DNA of 34,655 bases from a virus (taxonomy: Duplodnaviria > Heunggongvirae > Uroviricota > Caudoviricetes). The notes below the pieces were generated by a model that was not told the origin of the DNA, searched no databases, and saw only the letters and a program-made list of their open reading frames with translations. The stretch is from the IMG/VR virus record IMGVR_UViG_2548876936_000010; one strand, written 5' to 3'. The position numbers and the translations under genes are program-made. How positions within the stretch are numbered: the first letter of the stretch is position 1; every line of letters starts with the position of its first letter. Shown here piece by piece: positions 18,018 through 27,312 of this stretch.

Positions 18018-18526
18018 CAGATTTGACTCACGATGCAGCGCGGCTTGTCCTGGATTCGCGCCACTGCCCAGCGCATATCCCGCCACAGCTCATCAATGGT
18101 GCTGTCTATGCTGTCGGCCTTCTTGTCGCCTTTCGCACTGGCATCCACGCCGCGATAACGCTCATAAAGCGACGCGGTCGCCATCGCACACACGGCGCGC
18201 TCGTAGTAAAAAACTTTGATGCTTTCACCGTCGATGTCGTCCGCCGGAACGTCCGCCAGACGCGTAAAACCGGCGGCAATTTTCTGTTCGCGGTACTCGT
18301 ACAGCTCCGCATTCGTCTCCGCCATGCCTGACTTGATGGCCTCACGCAGACGGGCGGGGGCGACGGTCTGCTCAAGACGCATACGTTCCCGGACGCGCTT
18401 CGGGTCGATATCGGGAAAAAAGAACGTGTTTTTAATCACCGGCTCGTCGCCTGCCGGTTGCGGGATGACCACCGTACCCTCACCGGACACGGGAGCCTCC
18501 TTTCGCGGAATAATCAGCGTCATCAT
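18017..18526 (-). CDS. L: Head completion protein gpL (169 aa from ATG at 18526)
   Basis: ORF 18017..18586; internal start MMTLIIPRKE gives 169 aa as in P2 L. Confidence 0.75.
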   Translation of the reverse strand: MMTLIIPRKEAPVSGEGTVVIPQPAGDEPVIKNTFFFPDIDPKRVRERMRLEQTVAPARLREAIKSGMAETNAELYEYREQKIAAGFTRLADVPADDIDGESIKVFYYERAVCAMATASLYERYRGVDASAKGDKKADSIDSTIDELWRDMRWAVARIQDKPRCIVSQI

Positions 18527-18625
18527 GACTACCTCAGAAAAGTCGGGCGGTGGACGCCGGTGCAGTGTCAGGTGATTCACCCTCACTGACCGGCGTGCCG
18601 CCCTGGCGCGGGGCGCATTCGGTTG

Positions 18626-19369
18626 TTAACTGGCTTTCTTTTTCGGGCGTCCACGTTTTGCCGGTGTCACGCTCCGGGTCTTACGCGGGGCGCGGGTGGC
18701 CGCTTTGGGTTGCGGCTCCGGCTTCGGTTTCAGCTCCCGCTCCAGTCGTTCAATCTCTTTTTTGACGCCTGCCTGACAGTCGAGCTGTGTCGCACGTTGC
18801 AGGTGCGCCAGCGCACCGGCGGCATCACCAGCGTCACGCAGAAACAGACCGGTGATTTTGTGCAGCTTTGCGCGCACTTCATCAGGCATGTCTGCCGTGG
18901 CAGTCAGTTCAAGGGTTTCCGTCAGCAGGCGGATATCCACGGATTCACCGGCAGCGTGAGCGCGCATGGCCGCGAGCGCCACCTCCTCGGTGAACATGTA
19001 CGGCGGGGTGCGGCGGTGTTTACCCGGCATGGTCAGACCGTACTTCAGGGCATAACGGGCAATCTCCAGCGCACCGGCAATATCGCCGGTATCCAGACGC
19101 CACAGCATGACCGTCATCAGAATGTCATCCTGTGCGCCTTTGCCCTGCTCCAGCACGCCGTTCACCCACGGCAACCAGAACGGCAGCAGTTCGCGTTTTT
19201 TTGCGGCCTTCAGCTCTTTTGAATAAATCGCTTTCAGTGTGCGCTGGTCTGCGGCGAGCTTAACCAGCATCTGCTCATAGACAGTTGCATGTCGCAGCGG
19301 GGCGGCTTCCCGCTGCGCGGTCATCGCTGCCGAGACCCGCATCATGTGGCGCTGTGCGGGACTCGTCAT
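18626..19369 (-). CDS. M: Terminase small (endonuclease) subunit gpM (247 aa)
   Basis: 247-aa ORF with basic Lys/Arg-rich C-terminus, between N and L. Confidence 0.8.
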   Translation of the reverse strand: MTSPAQRHMMRVSAAMTAQREAAPLRHATVYEQMLVKLAADQRTLKAIYSKELKAAKKRELLPFWLPWVNGVLEQGKGAQDDILMTVMLWRLDTGDIAGALEIARYALKYGLTMPGKHRRTPPYMFTEEVALAAMRAHAAGESVDIRLLTETLELTATADMPDEVRAKLHKITGLFLRDAGDAAGALAHLQRATQLDCQAGVKKEIERLERELKPKPEPQPKAATRAPRKTRSVTPAKRGRPKKKAS

Positions 19370-19372
19370 CGG

Positions 19373-20446
19373 TTACGCTCCCGGCTCTGCGGTCGCCTTA
19401 GCCGGTGTGGAGAAGTCACCGACCCTGATTTTTTCCACCAGACAACCGGCGGCGTAGTCTTCCACCACGTAATCAATGTTCATTGACTCGTAGTTCTCCA
19501 CGCGGTCGAGTTTCGGGTTTTCCTCAATCACGCGGCGATGGCTGTCATCCATGTAGTAGATGGACAGGTTTTCCAGCTTCGTGATGAGCATCGCATCCGC
19601 CGGGAAGTACGGGACGCGTACCGCCGGCAGGTTGCCGATGCGTTTCTGGCTGATGATGACGTCAGCGGCCAGCATTTCGCTGTTGTCCTGCTCCTTGTTA
19701 ACGATGGGGAAATACTTGTCCGCCAGTAACTGACGCCCCACAATCACCACAAGGTCAGGGTCTTCCTGATACCACGGCTCAATCAGGTTGTTGGTCGCAT
19801 CCATCACCAGTGCATCAAGGCTGGCATAATCACCGCCCTTACCCACGCGGATGACCTCAGAGGTGGTGTGACCTTCCTCGTCAGTGACCTTGCTCATCAC
19901 ACGCGCCGGGGCTTCATTGCGGTATTTCTGCAGCCAGCCGACCGCCACATCCTGCAGCATCGGATTACTGTTGCGGTCAGAGGTTTCGGCACGCCTCACG
20001 CCGTTAAAACCGGCCATGATTAAATCAAGGGACTGGCGTTTGATAATGGCGTTACGGACACGGAGCTGGAAATCCTGATAACGCGCCCACAGGTCCAGCG
20101 TTTTGTAGCGGATATAAAAATCGAAGTTAATCTGGTCGCATTCGTACTTGTTTGACGCCAGCTTCGAGAAGTCCTTCGGCTGACGCTCGGTGCCACCGGC
20201 GGTGTCGGTGGTGCTGGCGATGGAGCCGGTGACACCGATGCCAATTTTTTCCCCTTTCATTTCGCTGACCGGCACAATGTTGATGCGGGTCAGAAAGTCA
20301 GAGGACTCCTGCATGGTGTTCATCAGGGTCTGGGTGACCGACGGTTCAACGGTGAATTTTTTCGACACATCACCGGCGTCGATGCCGTTCAGTTCGGCAA
20401 CACGGGACAGGTAGGCATTAAATTTAAAGCGGGTTTCCTGGCGCAT
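19373..20446 (-). CDS. N: Major capsid protein gpN (357 aa)
   Basis: 357-aa ORF following scaffold O; length as P2 N. Confidence 0.85.
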   Translation of the reverse strand: MRQETRFKFNAYLSRVAELNGIDAGDVSKKFTVEPSVTQTLMNTMQESSDFLTRINIVPVSEMKGEKIGIGVTGSIASTTDTAGGTERQPKDFSKLASNKYECDQINFDFYIRYKTLDLWARYQDFQLRVRNAIIKRQSLDLIMAGFNGVRRAETSDRNSNPMLQDVAVGWLQKYRNEAPARVMSKVTDEEGHTTSEVIRVGKGGDYASLDALVMDATNNLIEPWYQEDPDLVVIVGRQLLADKYFPIVNKEQDNSEMLAADVIISQKRIGNLPAVRVPYFPADAMLITKLENLSIYYMDDSHRRVIEENPKLDRVENYESMNIDYVVEDYAAGCLVEKIRVGDFSTPAKATAEPGA

Positions 20447-20504
20447 AGTTTTTCCTGAAATTAAGGGTTAATCGTGAAGGTTTTCCCGGACTGACTGACG
20501 CCGG

Positions 20505-21359
20505 TCAGCAGTTCGTCATCAGGGCGTCACCGCCACCACCGGTGGCCTTGCTGCGGCGCTGCTGGGTCAGACTTTCGGTGTGGTCGAGACTGTTTTTCAG
20601 GCGGGTGAATGCCTGGCTGGTTTCATCCGCCCTGTCAGTCACATCCTGCTTAAGTGCGGAAAAAGCGGTTTCCATCTCAGCGAGGCGCTGCTCAGTGGCG
20701 CTCAGTTTTTCCTGCACATGTTCAGCAACAGCGGTCACCGCTTCATGCACGTCATTCAGACGGGCGTCATCGCTGGCCTGTTTGCGGCCAAAAATGGACT
20801 TCACCTTTTCGGTCAGGGCGGTGAACACGGTTTCAGGCAGGTCTTCAAATTCCAGCTCAACGGGCGTTGCCACTGAAATCAGGTTTTCAGGGCTTAATTT
20901 GAAGCGGTTCAGGGGGTTGTGTTTTGCCGTGCGGCAGAATTCCAGGTATTCCGTGCCGAGGCTTGCCGGGTCATCGGTGACGGCCAGCCCCACCAGATAA
21001 CATTTGCCGGTATTGGCAAAGTTCGGCTGAATTTCCATTGAGGTATAGACCTTCTGCGCGGCCTTGTTCATCGCGATAAGGTCATCGGTCGGGGTGATTT
21101 TCGCAAACAGCGCCCATTTGCCTTTCAGCGCCGAATCATCGTCAATCTTTTCGGCCTTCAGTTCGACCACATCGCCATAACGCTTAAAAATACCGTCAGG
21201 CAGGATGCCGCGCAGATGTTCCAGGTTAATGCGGCAACCATAGACTCGCGGGTCAAAGGTTTCGGCCATTTCCTGAATATCCTGCGCACTGATGACACGC
21301 CCGTCACAGGTGTCACCCTCAACGCCGATACGAAAGAATTTTGAGACTTTTTTTGCCAT
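20505..21359 (-). CDS. O: Capsid scaffolding protein gpO (284 aa from ATG at 21359)
   Basis: ORF 20505..21425; internal ATG MAKKVSKFF... gives 284 aa; acidic helical C-terminal half. Confidence 0.8.
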   Translation of the reverse strand: MAKKVSKFFRIGVEGDTCDGRVISAQDIQEMAETFDPRVYGCRINLEHLRGILPDGIFKRYGDVVELKAEKIDDDSALKGKWALFAKITPTDDLIAMNKAAQKVYTSMEIQPNFANTGKCYLVGLAVTDDPASLGTEYLEFCRTAKHNPLNRFKLSPENLISVATPVELEFEDLPETVFTALTEKVKSIFGRKQASDDARLNDVHEAVTAVAEHVQEKLSATEQRLAEMETAFSALKQDVTDRADETSQAFTRLKNSLDHTESLTQQRRSKATGGGGDALMTNC

Positions 21360-21532
21360 TGTCAGGAGTCCTGAATAGTGATTAGAGGAGTCACATGTCG
21401 GCATCAGTTTCCCGACGATGCGCATCCTCCGCCATCAGTCCCGGATGGCTTATCACTGACACAACAGCACCTTAGCGAATCGCGGGGCGCGACTCAGTAG
21501 CCTTGCCGTGTATTCATCACGGCGAGGTATTC

Positions 21533-23305
21533 ATGACCATCACCACAGACACCACTCTTTTACACGACCCGCGTCGTCAGGCGGCGCTGCTGTACTGGCA
21601 GGGATTTTCCGTGCCGCAGATTGCCGCCATGTTGCAGATGAAACGCCCGACGGTGCAGAGCTGGAAACAGCGCGACGGCTGGGACAGCGTTGCCCCCATC
21701 AGCCGTGTCGAAATGAGTCTGGAAGCGCGGCTGACCCAGCTCATCATCAAACCGCAGAAAACCGGCGGTGACTTCAAGGAAATTGACCTGCTCGGACGCC
21801 AGATTGAACGACTGGCACGGGTCAACCGTTACAGTCAGACCGGCAACGAGGCAGACCTTAATCCGAACGTCGCTAACCGCAACAAAGGCGGGCGGCGCAA
21901 ACCGAAAAAGAATTTTTTCAGTGACGAGGCCATCGAAAAGCTGGAGCAGATTTTCTTTGAGCAGTCTTTCGAATATCAGTTGCACTGGTATCGCGCCGGG
22001 CTTGAGCACCGCATCCGCGATATCCTGAAATCCCGCCAGATTGGCGCGACGTTTTATTTTTCCCGCGAGGCGCTGCTGCGCGCCCTGAAAACCGGTCATA
22101 ACCAGATTTTTCTGTCGGCCAGTAAAACGCAGGCGTATGTGTTCCGCGAATACATCATCGCCTTTGCCCGGCTGGTTGACGTTGACCTGACCGGTGACCC
22201 GATTGTCCTGGGCAATAACGGCGCAAAACTGATTTTTCTCGGCACCAACTCCAACACCGCACAGAGCCATAACGGCGACCTGTACGTCGACGAGATTTTC
22301 TGGATCCCGAATTTTCAGGTACTGCGTAAGGTGGCATCAGGTATGGCCTCACAGAGTCACCTGCGCTCGACCTATTTCTCCACCCCGTCCACACTGGCGC
22401 ACGACGCCTACCCGTTCTGGTCGGGTGAACTGTTCAACCGGGGACGCGCCAGCGCCGCCGAACGTGTGGAAATCGACGTCAGTCATAACGCCCTTGCCGG
22501 TGGTCTTCTCTGTGCGGACGGCCAGTGGCGGCAGATTGTCACCATTGAGGACGCCCTGAAAGGCGGCTGCACATTGTTCGACATTGAGCAGCTCAAACGC
22601 GAAAACAGCGCCGACGATTTTAAAAACCTGTTCATGTGTGAATTTGTTGACGACAAGGCATCGGTGTTCCCGTTCGAGGAGCTGCAACGCTGCATGGTCG
22701 ACACGCTGGAAGAATGGGAAGACTACGCGCCGTTTGCCGCAAATCCGTTCGGCTCCCGCCCGGTATGGATTGGTTACGACCCGTCACACCGTGGCGACAG
22801 CGCCGGATGCGTGGTGCTGGCACCGCCGGTGGTGGCCGGTGGCAAATTCAGAATACTTGAGCGTCACCAGTGGAAAGGCATGGACTTTGCCACCCAGGCG
22901 GAGTCCATCCGCAAACTCACCGAAAAATACAACGTCGAATACATCGGTATTGATGCCACCGGCCTCGGTGTCGGCGTGTTCCAGCTCGTGCGCTCGTTCT
23001 ATCCCGCCGCGCGCGATATCCGCTACACGCCGGAAATGAAAACCGCAATGGTGCTCAAGGCCAAAGACGTCATCCGCCGTGGCTGTCTGGAATATGACGT
23101 CAGCGCCACCGACATCACCAGCTCGTTCATGGCTATCCGCAAGACCATGACCAGCAGCGGACGCAGCGCCACCTATGAGGCCAGCCGCAGCGAGGAAGCC
23201 AGCCACGCCGACCTCGCCTGGGCAACCATGCACGCCCTGTTAAATGAGCCACTCACCGCCGGTATCAGCACTCCGCTGACATCCACCATTCTGGAGTTTT
23301 ACTGA
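21533..23305 (+). CDS. P: Terminase large (ATPase) subunit gpP (590 aa from ATG at 21533)
   Basis: ORF 21503..23305; ATG at 21533 after ggcgaggt; divergent from O; length as P2 P. Confidence 0.85.
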   Translation: MTITTDTTLLHDPRRQAALLYWQGFSVPQIAAMLQMKRPTVQSWKQRDGWDSVAPISRVEMSLEARLTQLIIKPQKTGGDFKEIDLLGRQIERLARVNRYSQTGNEADLNPNVANRNKGGRRKPKKNFFSDEAIEKLEQIFFEQSFEYQLHWYRAGLEHRIRDILKSRQIGATFYFSREALLRALKTGHNQIFLSASKTQAYVFREYIIAFARLVDVDLTGDPIVLGNNGAKLIFLGTNSNTAQSHNGDLYVDEIFWIPNFQVLRKVASGMASQSHLRSTYFSTPSTLAHDAYPFWSGELFNRGRASAAERVEIDVSHNALAGGLLCADGQWRQIVTIEDALKGGCTLFDIEQLKRENSADDFKNLFMCEFVDDKASVFPFEELQRCMVDTLEEWEDYAPFAANPFGSRPVWIGYDPSHRGDSAGCVVLAPPVVAGGKFRILERHQWKGMDFATQAESIRKLTEKYNVEYIGIDATGLGVGVFQLVRSFYPAARDIRYTPEMKTAMVLKAKDVIRRGCLEYDVSATDITSSFMAIRKTMTSSGRSATYEASRSEEASHADLAWATMHALLNEPLTAGISTPLTSTILEFY

Positions 23306-24324
23306 TGAGCAAGAAAAAAGGGAAAACACCGCGACCTGCGGCAAAAACAATCACCGCCAGCGCCCCGAAAATGGAAGCATTCACCTTTGGTGAGCCGGTG
23401 CCGGTACTCGACCGCCGTGACATTCTGGATTACGTCGAGTGCATCAGTAACGGCAGATGGTATGAGCCGCCGGTCAGCTTTACCGGTCTGGCAAAAAGCC
23501 TGCGTGCTGCCGTGCATCACAGCTCGCCGATTTACGTCAAACGCAATATTCTGGCCTCGACATTTATCCCGCATCCGTGGCTTTCCCAGCAGGATTTCAG
23601 CCGCTTTGTGCTGGATTTTCTGGTGTTCGGTAATGCGTTTCTGGAAAAGCGATACAGCACCACCGGTAAGGTCATCAGACTGGAAACCTCACCGGCAAAA
23701 TATACCCGCCGTGGCGTGGAGGAGGATGTTTACTGGTGGGTGCCGTCCTTCAACGAGCCGACACCTTTCGCGCCCGGCTCCGTGTTTCACCTGCTGGAGC
23801 CGGATATTAATCAGGAGCTGTACGGTCTGCCGGAATATCTCAGCGCCCTTAACTCTGCCTGGCTGAATGAGTCGGCCACGCTGTTCCGCCGCAAGTATTA
23901 CGAAAACGGCGCACATGCCGGATACATCATGTACGTCACCGATGCCGTGCAGGACCGCAACGATATCGAAATGCTTCGCGAAAACATGGTTAAGTCGAAA
24001 GGCCGCAACAACTTTAAAAACCTGTTTCTCTATGCCCCACAGGGGAAAGCCGACGGCATTAAAATTATCCCCCTCAGTGAAGTGGCGACGAAGGACGATT
24101 TTTTTAATATCAAAAAAGTCAGCGCCGCAGATCTCCTGGACGCACACCGCATCCCCTTTCAGTTGATGGGCGGTAAGCCGGAGAATGTCGGGTCACTAGG
24201 AGATATTGAAAAAGTGGCAAAGGTCTTTGTCCGCAATGAACTCACTCCATTACAGGAGAGAATAAAGTCAATAAATGAATGGTTAGATATGGAAGTCATA
24301 AAATTCCTTGATTATAACTTATAA
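23305..24324 (+). CDS. Q: Portal (capsid vertex) protein gpQ (339 aa)
   Basis: 339-aa ORF, start overlaps P stop; synteny P-Q. Confidence 0.85.
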   Translation: MSKKKGKTPRPAAKTITASAPKMEAFTFGEPVPVLDRRDILDYVECISNGRWYEPPVSFTGLAKSLRAAVHHSSPIYVKRNILASTFIPHPWLSQQDFSRFVLDFLVFGNAFLEKRYSTTGKVIRLETSPAKYTRRGVEEDVYWWVPSFNEPTPFAPGSVFHLLEPDINQELYGLPEYLSALNSAWLNESATLFRRKYYENGAHAGYIMYVTDAVQDRNDIEMLRENMVKSKGRNNFKNLFLYAPQGKADGIKIIPLSEVATKDDFFNIKKVSAADLLDAHRIPFQLMGGKPENVGSLGDIEKVAKVFVRNELTPLQERIKSINEWLDMEVIKFLDYNL

Positions 24325-24335
24325 GTAAATATATA

Positions 24336-24364
24336 AAGTTGGCGGAATGCAATCCCGCCAACTT
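24336..24364. terminator. 10-bp perfect hairpin (aagttggcgg / ccgccaactt, 9-nt loop) between convergent Q and the RT-module effector
   Basis: Arms 24336..24345 and 24355..24364; 2 nt after the effector stop; - strand continues with a T-rich tract. Confidence 0.5.
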
Positions 24365-24366
24365 AA

Positions 24367-25074
24367 CTATATATACTTCCTTTTTACTCTACTTAATTCT
24401 ATCACTGATGAGGAGTGACAAAATGACAAATTAATAGTATCGATATAATCCAAAATTTGACTCTCAACCTCAATAAAAATATTTTTGGGCCCATTACTAA
24501 TCGATATACCGATTTCATCCAAAACAGCCATCATTTTTCTCTGATGAGTTTTATATTTATAGTCTTTATTTTCCTCTGTAATATGTGCATTGGCTTCCTC
24601 AATAACACATTTGATTCTAGATATTATTTCTAGATAATCTCTCGAAACAGATATATCACCGCCTTGCGCTTCAGGGAACATAACCCTATACCATCTAAAA
24701 AAATTAACTTTCTCTGGATAGATGCTACTTCTTTTAGTTAACTCAGCACTTGCAAATTCTCTAAACATCGTCAGATGACTAGTGTAATTACTATTATTAT
24801 TATTTTTAACTCCAGCGTTATATGTCATCAAAGCAATCATAACACCAAAAACGGTAACAAAAGTTGTTATAAGCCATCCAAACGCCTGAAAATACATTAC
24901 TATACCAGATGTTTTTTCCGCAAAAAATTTTAAGCACTGGCTATCGAAGCATATATCACGCTCATATAGCTTTTCATTCTGAATAGTTTCAAAAAGAGAA
25001 ATTAGCGAAAAAATCAAAAAAAGAGCTGACGACACACCGACAATATATTTGAGAAGTCTAATATTTGCATTCAT
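24367..25074 (-). CDS. Two-TM membrane protein (235 aa) translationally coupled to the RT; candidate effector
   Basis: ATG at 25074 overlaps the RT stop (ATGA, 25071..25074); TM1 YIVGVSSALFLIFSLISLF, TM2 GIVMYFQAFGWLITTFVTVFGVMIALM, then about 150-aa soluble domain; AT-rich. Confidence 0.7.
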   Translation of the reverse strand: MNANIRLLKYIVGVSSALFLIFSLISLFETIQNEKLYERDICFDSQCLKFFAEKTSGIVMYFQAFGWLITTFVTVFGVMIALMTYNAGVKNNNNSNYTSHLTMFREFASAELTKRSSIYPEKVNFFRWYRVMFPEAQGGDISVSRDYLEIISRIKCVIEEANAHITEENKDYKYKTHQRKMMAVLDEIGISISNGPKNIFIEVESQILDYIDTINLSFCHSSSVIELSRVKRKYI

Positions 25075-26261
25075 AATGGTTTTAAAGATGCCAATCTAGA
25101 TTTAAAACACTCCAGTTTTTCTTTAAATGATTCAGAGCGAGTAAGAATAATCATCTTATATCTCGTCAAATCATATTTTCTTTTATACCAATGTTTATTT
25201 TGATTACCTTTCGAATACGACAACTCTAAACTTTTTATAGCTGCATCAATCACAGCAACATCTCTTTTAGATGGCATCGGTTTTATTGCCTGCAACTGTT
25301 TCTTGAATGATTCATATTTTTCATGCCCAACACGGCCAAGCTTATTCACTCTCCCCATACATCTATTGAATTCTTTTCTGTATGCAACACTTGTTTTTGT
25401 GTTATTTTTTGCCGCCAGTAATTTCAAATTATGTATAGATGCCCTGATTCTTTTGACTTCATCGGATGGTAGTCGAGGTGAGTCATAGTCAACTCTTAAA
25501 CCATGTACTTTTATAGGTTCAGATGAACAGTGAAATATTTTAGTTTTGTGCTTATTTATCGGCAAGTCATGCTCAGAAAGCATCCTCTCTATATGGCTTT
25601 GCATTTGAGAAAAATCATAATTACTTATTTTAGATGACACGGTAATATCATCTACCAAACGCGTATAAACAAGTCCTTTCCTCTGCGCACGTCTTACCAC
25701 ATCCCCTTCAACAGCGAATAAACACAAAGTTGCTATATAGCTTGATGTTAAGGCCCCCTGTACGACAAAATCATCCTTAGTACATATATCCACCAAGTAT
25801 TCAAGAGCCTCATCCTTAATATGCAATATCTCCTCAAACACGCTCCTAACCAGATCTCTATGGATATTATCGAAAAAATTACTTATATCCACCTTGAGAA
25901 CTGTTTTTGCTCCACAATGAGCCTTTGCACATGAAACATAGTCACGTTTGACATTAGAATTTAAAACATCATTTTTACTGGGAACTGAACCAAACAAAAA
26001 TGAAGGAAAAACAACCAATTCCTTAAAGATACGTTTATTAATTCTACTCTGTAATAATCTCATTTTAGGATGCAGGGAGTAGACAATCCGTTTGCTTCCG
26101 TCAATTTTGGGAATTTCTTTTAGAGTATATTTCTCATCTAATGATAATTCTGCAATAGCTTTAAGCTCTTCAACAGAAATCGATAAAGCCTTTGACAACT
26201 TTTCAAGTGTTGTGATAGGAGCATTGGATTTGCTGTATGGTTTAAATTTATCCATAAACAT
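25071..26261 (-). CDS. Reverse transcriptase, retron-like (about 397 aa; start ambiguous among ATGs at 26297, 26261, 26255)
   Basis: RT motifs in the translation: IPKIDGSKRIV, LLQSRINKRI, CAKAH...LKVDISNFFDNI, QGALTSSYIATLCL, YTRLVDDITV (YxDD-type), LPINKHKTKI, IKVHGLRV; basic C-terminal extension. Confidence 0.8.
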   Translation of the reverse strand: MFMDKFKPYSKSNAPITTLEKLSKALSISVEELKAIAELSLDEKYTLKEIPKIDGSKRIVYSLHPKMRLLQSRINKRIFKELVVFPSFLFGSVPSKNDVLNSNVKRDYVSCAKAHCGAKTVLKVDISNFFDNIHRDLVRSVFEEILHIKDEALEYLVDICTKDDFVVQGALTSSYIATLCLFAVEGDVVRRAQRKGLVYTRLVDDITVSSKISNYDFSQMQSHIERMLSEHDLPINKHKTKIFHCSSEPIKVHGLRVDYDSPRLPSDEVKRIRASIHNLKLLAAKNNTKTSVAYRKEFNRCMGRVNKLGRVGHEKYESFKKQLQAIKPMPSKRDVAVIDAAIKSLELSYSKGNQNKHWYKRKYDLTRYKMIILTRSESFKEKLECFKSRLASLKPL

Positions 26262-26512
26262 ACCATTCAAATTCAAAGTTACGTACGGTCTTCCCATACT
26301 CAAGGGTGGAACAGCAGAGATGCTTACATCAACAATTGTCAGCAACAGCCTCTGCTATCTTTCGACCGTACGTAATGTCGTCGGCTACGGCACCATCGTA
26401 GTTGACGACGGTGGGGCCTCGCTGATAGGTCCATAGTGGACGCTTTTTTGTAAAAGCAAAAACTGACAATTTAATGTTGTTGACTGCCGCATACCAAGCG
26501 AATCGCTGGTGC
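26262..26512 (-). ncRNA. Candidate structured non-coding leader of the RT (possible retron msr/msd-like RNA)
   Basis: 12-bp perfect inverted repeat ttacgtacggtc (26279..26290) / gaccgtacgtaa (26364..26375) with nested 7-bp repeat agcagag/ctctgct; adjacent hairpin 26377..26409; no ORF. Confidence 0.4.
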
Positions 26513-26519
26513 GCTAAGA

Positions 26520-26548
26520 ATAATGCAACAAAAAAATAAGAATTTCAA
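26520..26548 (-). promoter_or_regulatory. Candidate sigma70-type promoter for the RT module (-35 TTGAAA, 17-nt spacer, -10 CATTAT)
   Basis: - strand ggTTGAAAttcttatttttttgttgCATTATtc; -35 at 26548..26543, -10 at 26525..26520; between cos and the structured leader. Confidence 0.3.
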
Positions 26549-26586
26549 CCGGGTAACTGCAAGCCAGCGACATCGTTTAGCGCGCA

Positions 26587-26605
26587 GTGCTTTCCCCGCC
26601 TCGCC
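26587..26605 (-). other. cos: cos cohesive-end site (19 nt), - strand reads GGCGAGGCGGGGAAAGCAC
   Basis: + strand gtgctttccccgcctcgcc is the reverse complement of the 19-nt cohesive end I recall for P2. Confidence 0.65.
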
Positions 26606-26810
26606 CGCCCGCTACATGGGGCGGTTTTAATGCAGTTGCATGAACACGCCGGAGGCGTGCCAGCACTGGCGGCTCTCACACGTGACGAGAAAGGAAAACG
26701 CATGCGATTCAATGCAGTAATGCATGCAGGGCTAAAAATGTCAGAAAATACGGTAAAAACGCATAAAAAACCGGCATTCAGGTTACCGGTTTGAGTCAGC
26801 TTCATTGTGG

Positions 26811-26912
26811 TTACTTGTCGCGCAATGCGCCAATAATACTGGTAAGGCAACAAGTGGCAACAATCAGCAAAAAAACCGTTGTCCACGGATTCTCATAAAC
26901 GAGAGATAACAT
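26811..26912 (-). CDS. Possible small hydrophobic peptide (33 aa, MLSLVYENPWTTVFLLIVATCCLTSIIGALRDK)
   Basis: ATG at 26912 to TAA at 26813..26811, translated by hand; single TM-like segment; weak RBS; below the ORF-track size cut-off. Confidence 0.25.
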   Translation of the reverse strand: MLSLVYENPWTTVFLLIVATCCLTSIIGALRDK

Positions 26913-27312
26913 ATTGATATTGATCCTTTTATTGGTACATTATAATGCGACATTATCGGTCTTTAACAACCTGGCTGAGTTCTATCTTACCAATTTTCGT
27001 GATAAGCATTTAATCAATTACGTAGTATGGTTAAAGGCACACAAAGGAGAAAAATATGCGAATGCATTTTTTAGACAACCGACTTCCAAAAATCTTTTCA
27101 ACGTAATACAAAAAATTACAACCATCTATCAATTACAAATTAACAAATATCAACACTACCAGCTTAATTGCAGCAAAGATCAGGAGATAACATCACCACA
27201 ACAATAAATCAAAAACTGTTAGATTTGGCCAGAAATGCCAACTCCACACATAAATTCACGCAGATACATAGTTCATAATTAAACAATTTATCGACTTGGA
27301 GCGAATAGAATA

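Noticed and set aside
21360-21532. Ogr-dependent late promoter elements (TGT-N12-ACA dyads) upstream of O/P, FI and V
   Set aside because: I looked for the dyad in the O-P intergenic region and upstream of FI and V and found only imperfect matches (for example GTG-N12-ACA, or TGT-N11-ACA), so no late promoter is annotated.
9819-26345. Diversity-generating retroelement hypothesis (RT diversifying tail fibre H)
   Set aside because: The RT is about 13 kb from H and on the far side of the head genes. Its motif B is QGxxxS-type as in retron and group II RTs, not the DGR-type. The H repeats are internal tandem repeats, not a C-terminal variable repeat, and I found no template-repeat copy of any H segment near the RT.
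26545-26886. 113-aa ORF on the - strand
   Set aside because: It runs straight across the cos site and the candidate promoter of the RT module, has Cys/Arg-rich low-complexity composition and no RBS; most likely a chance open frame.
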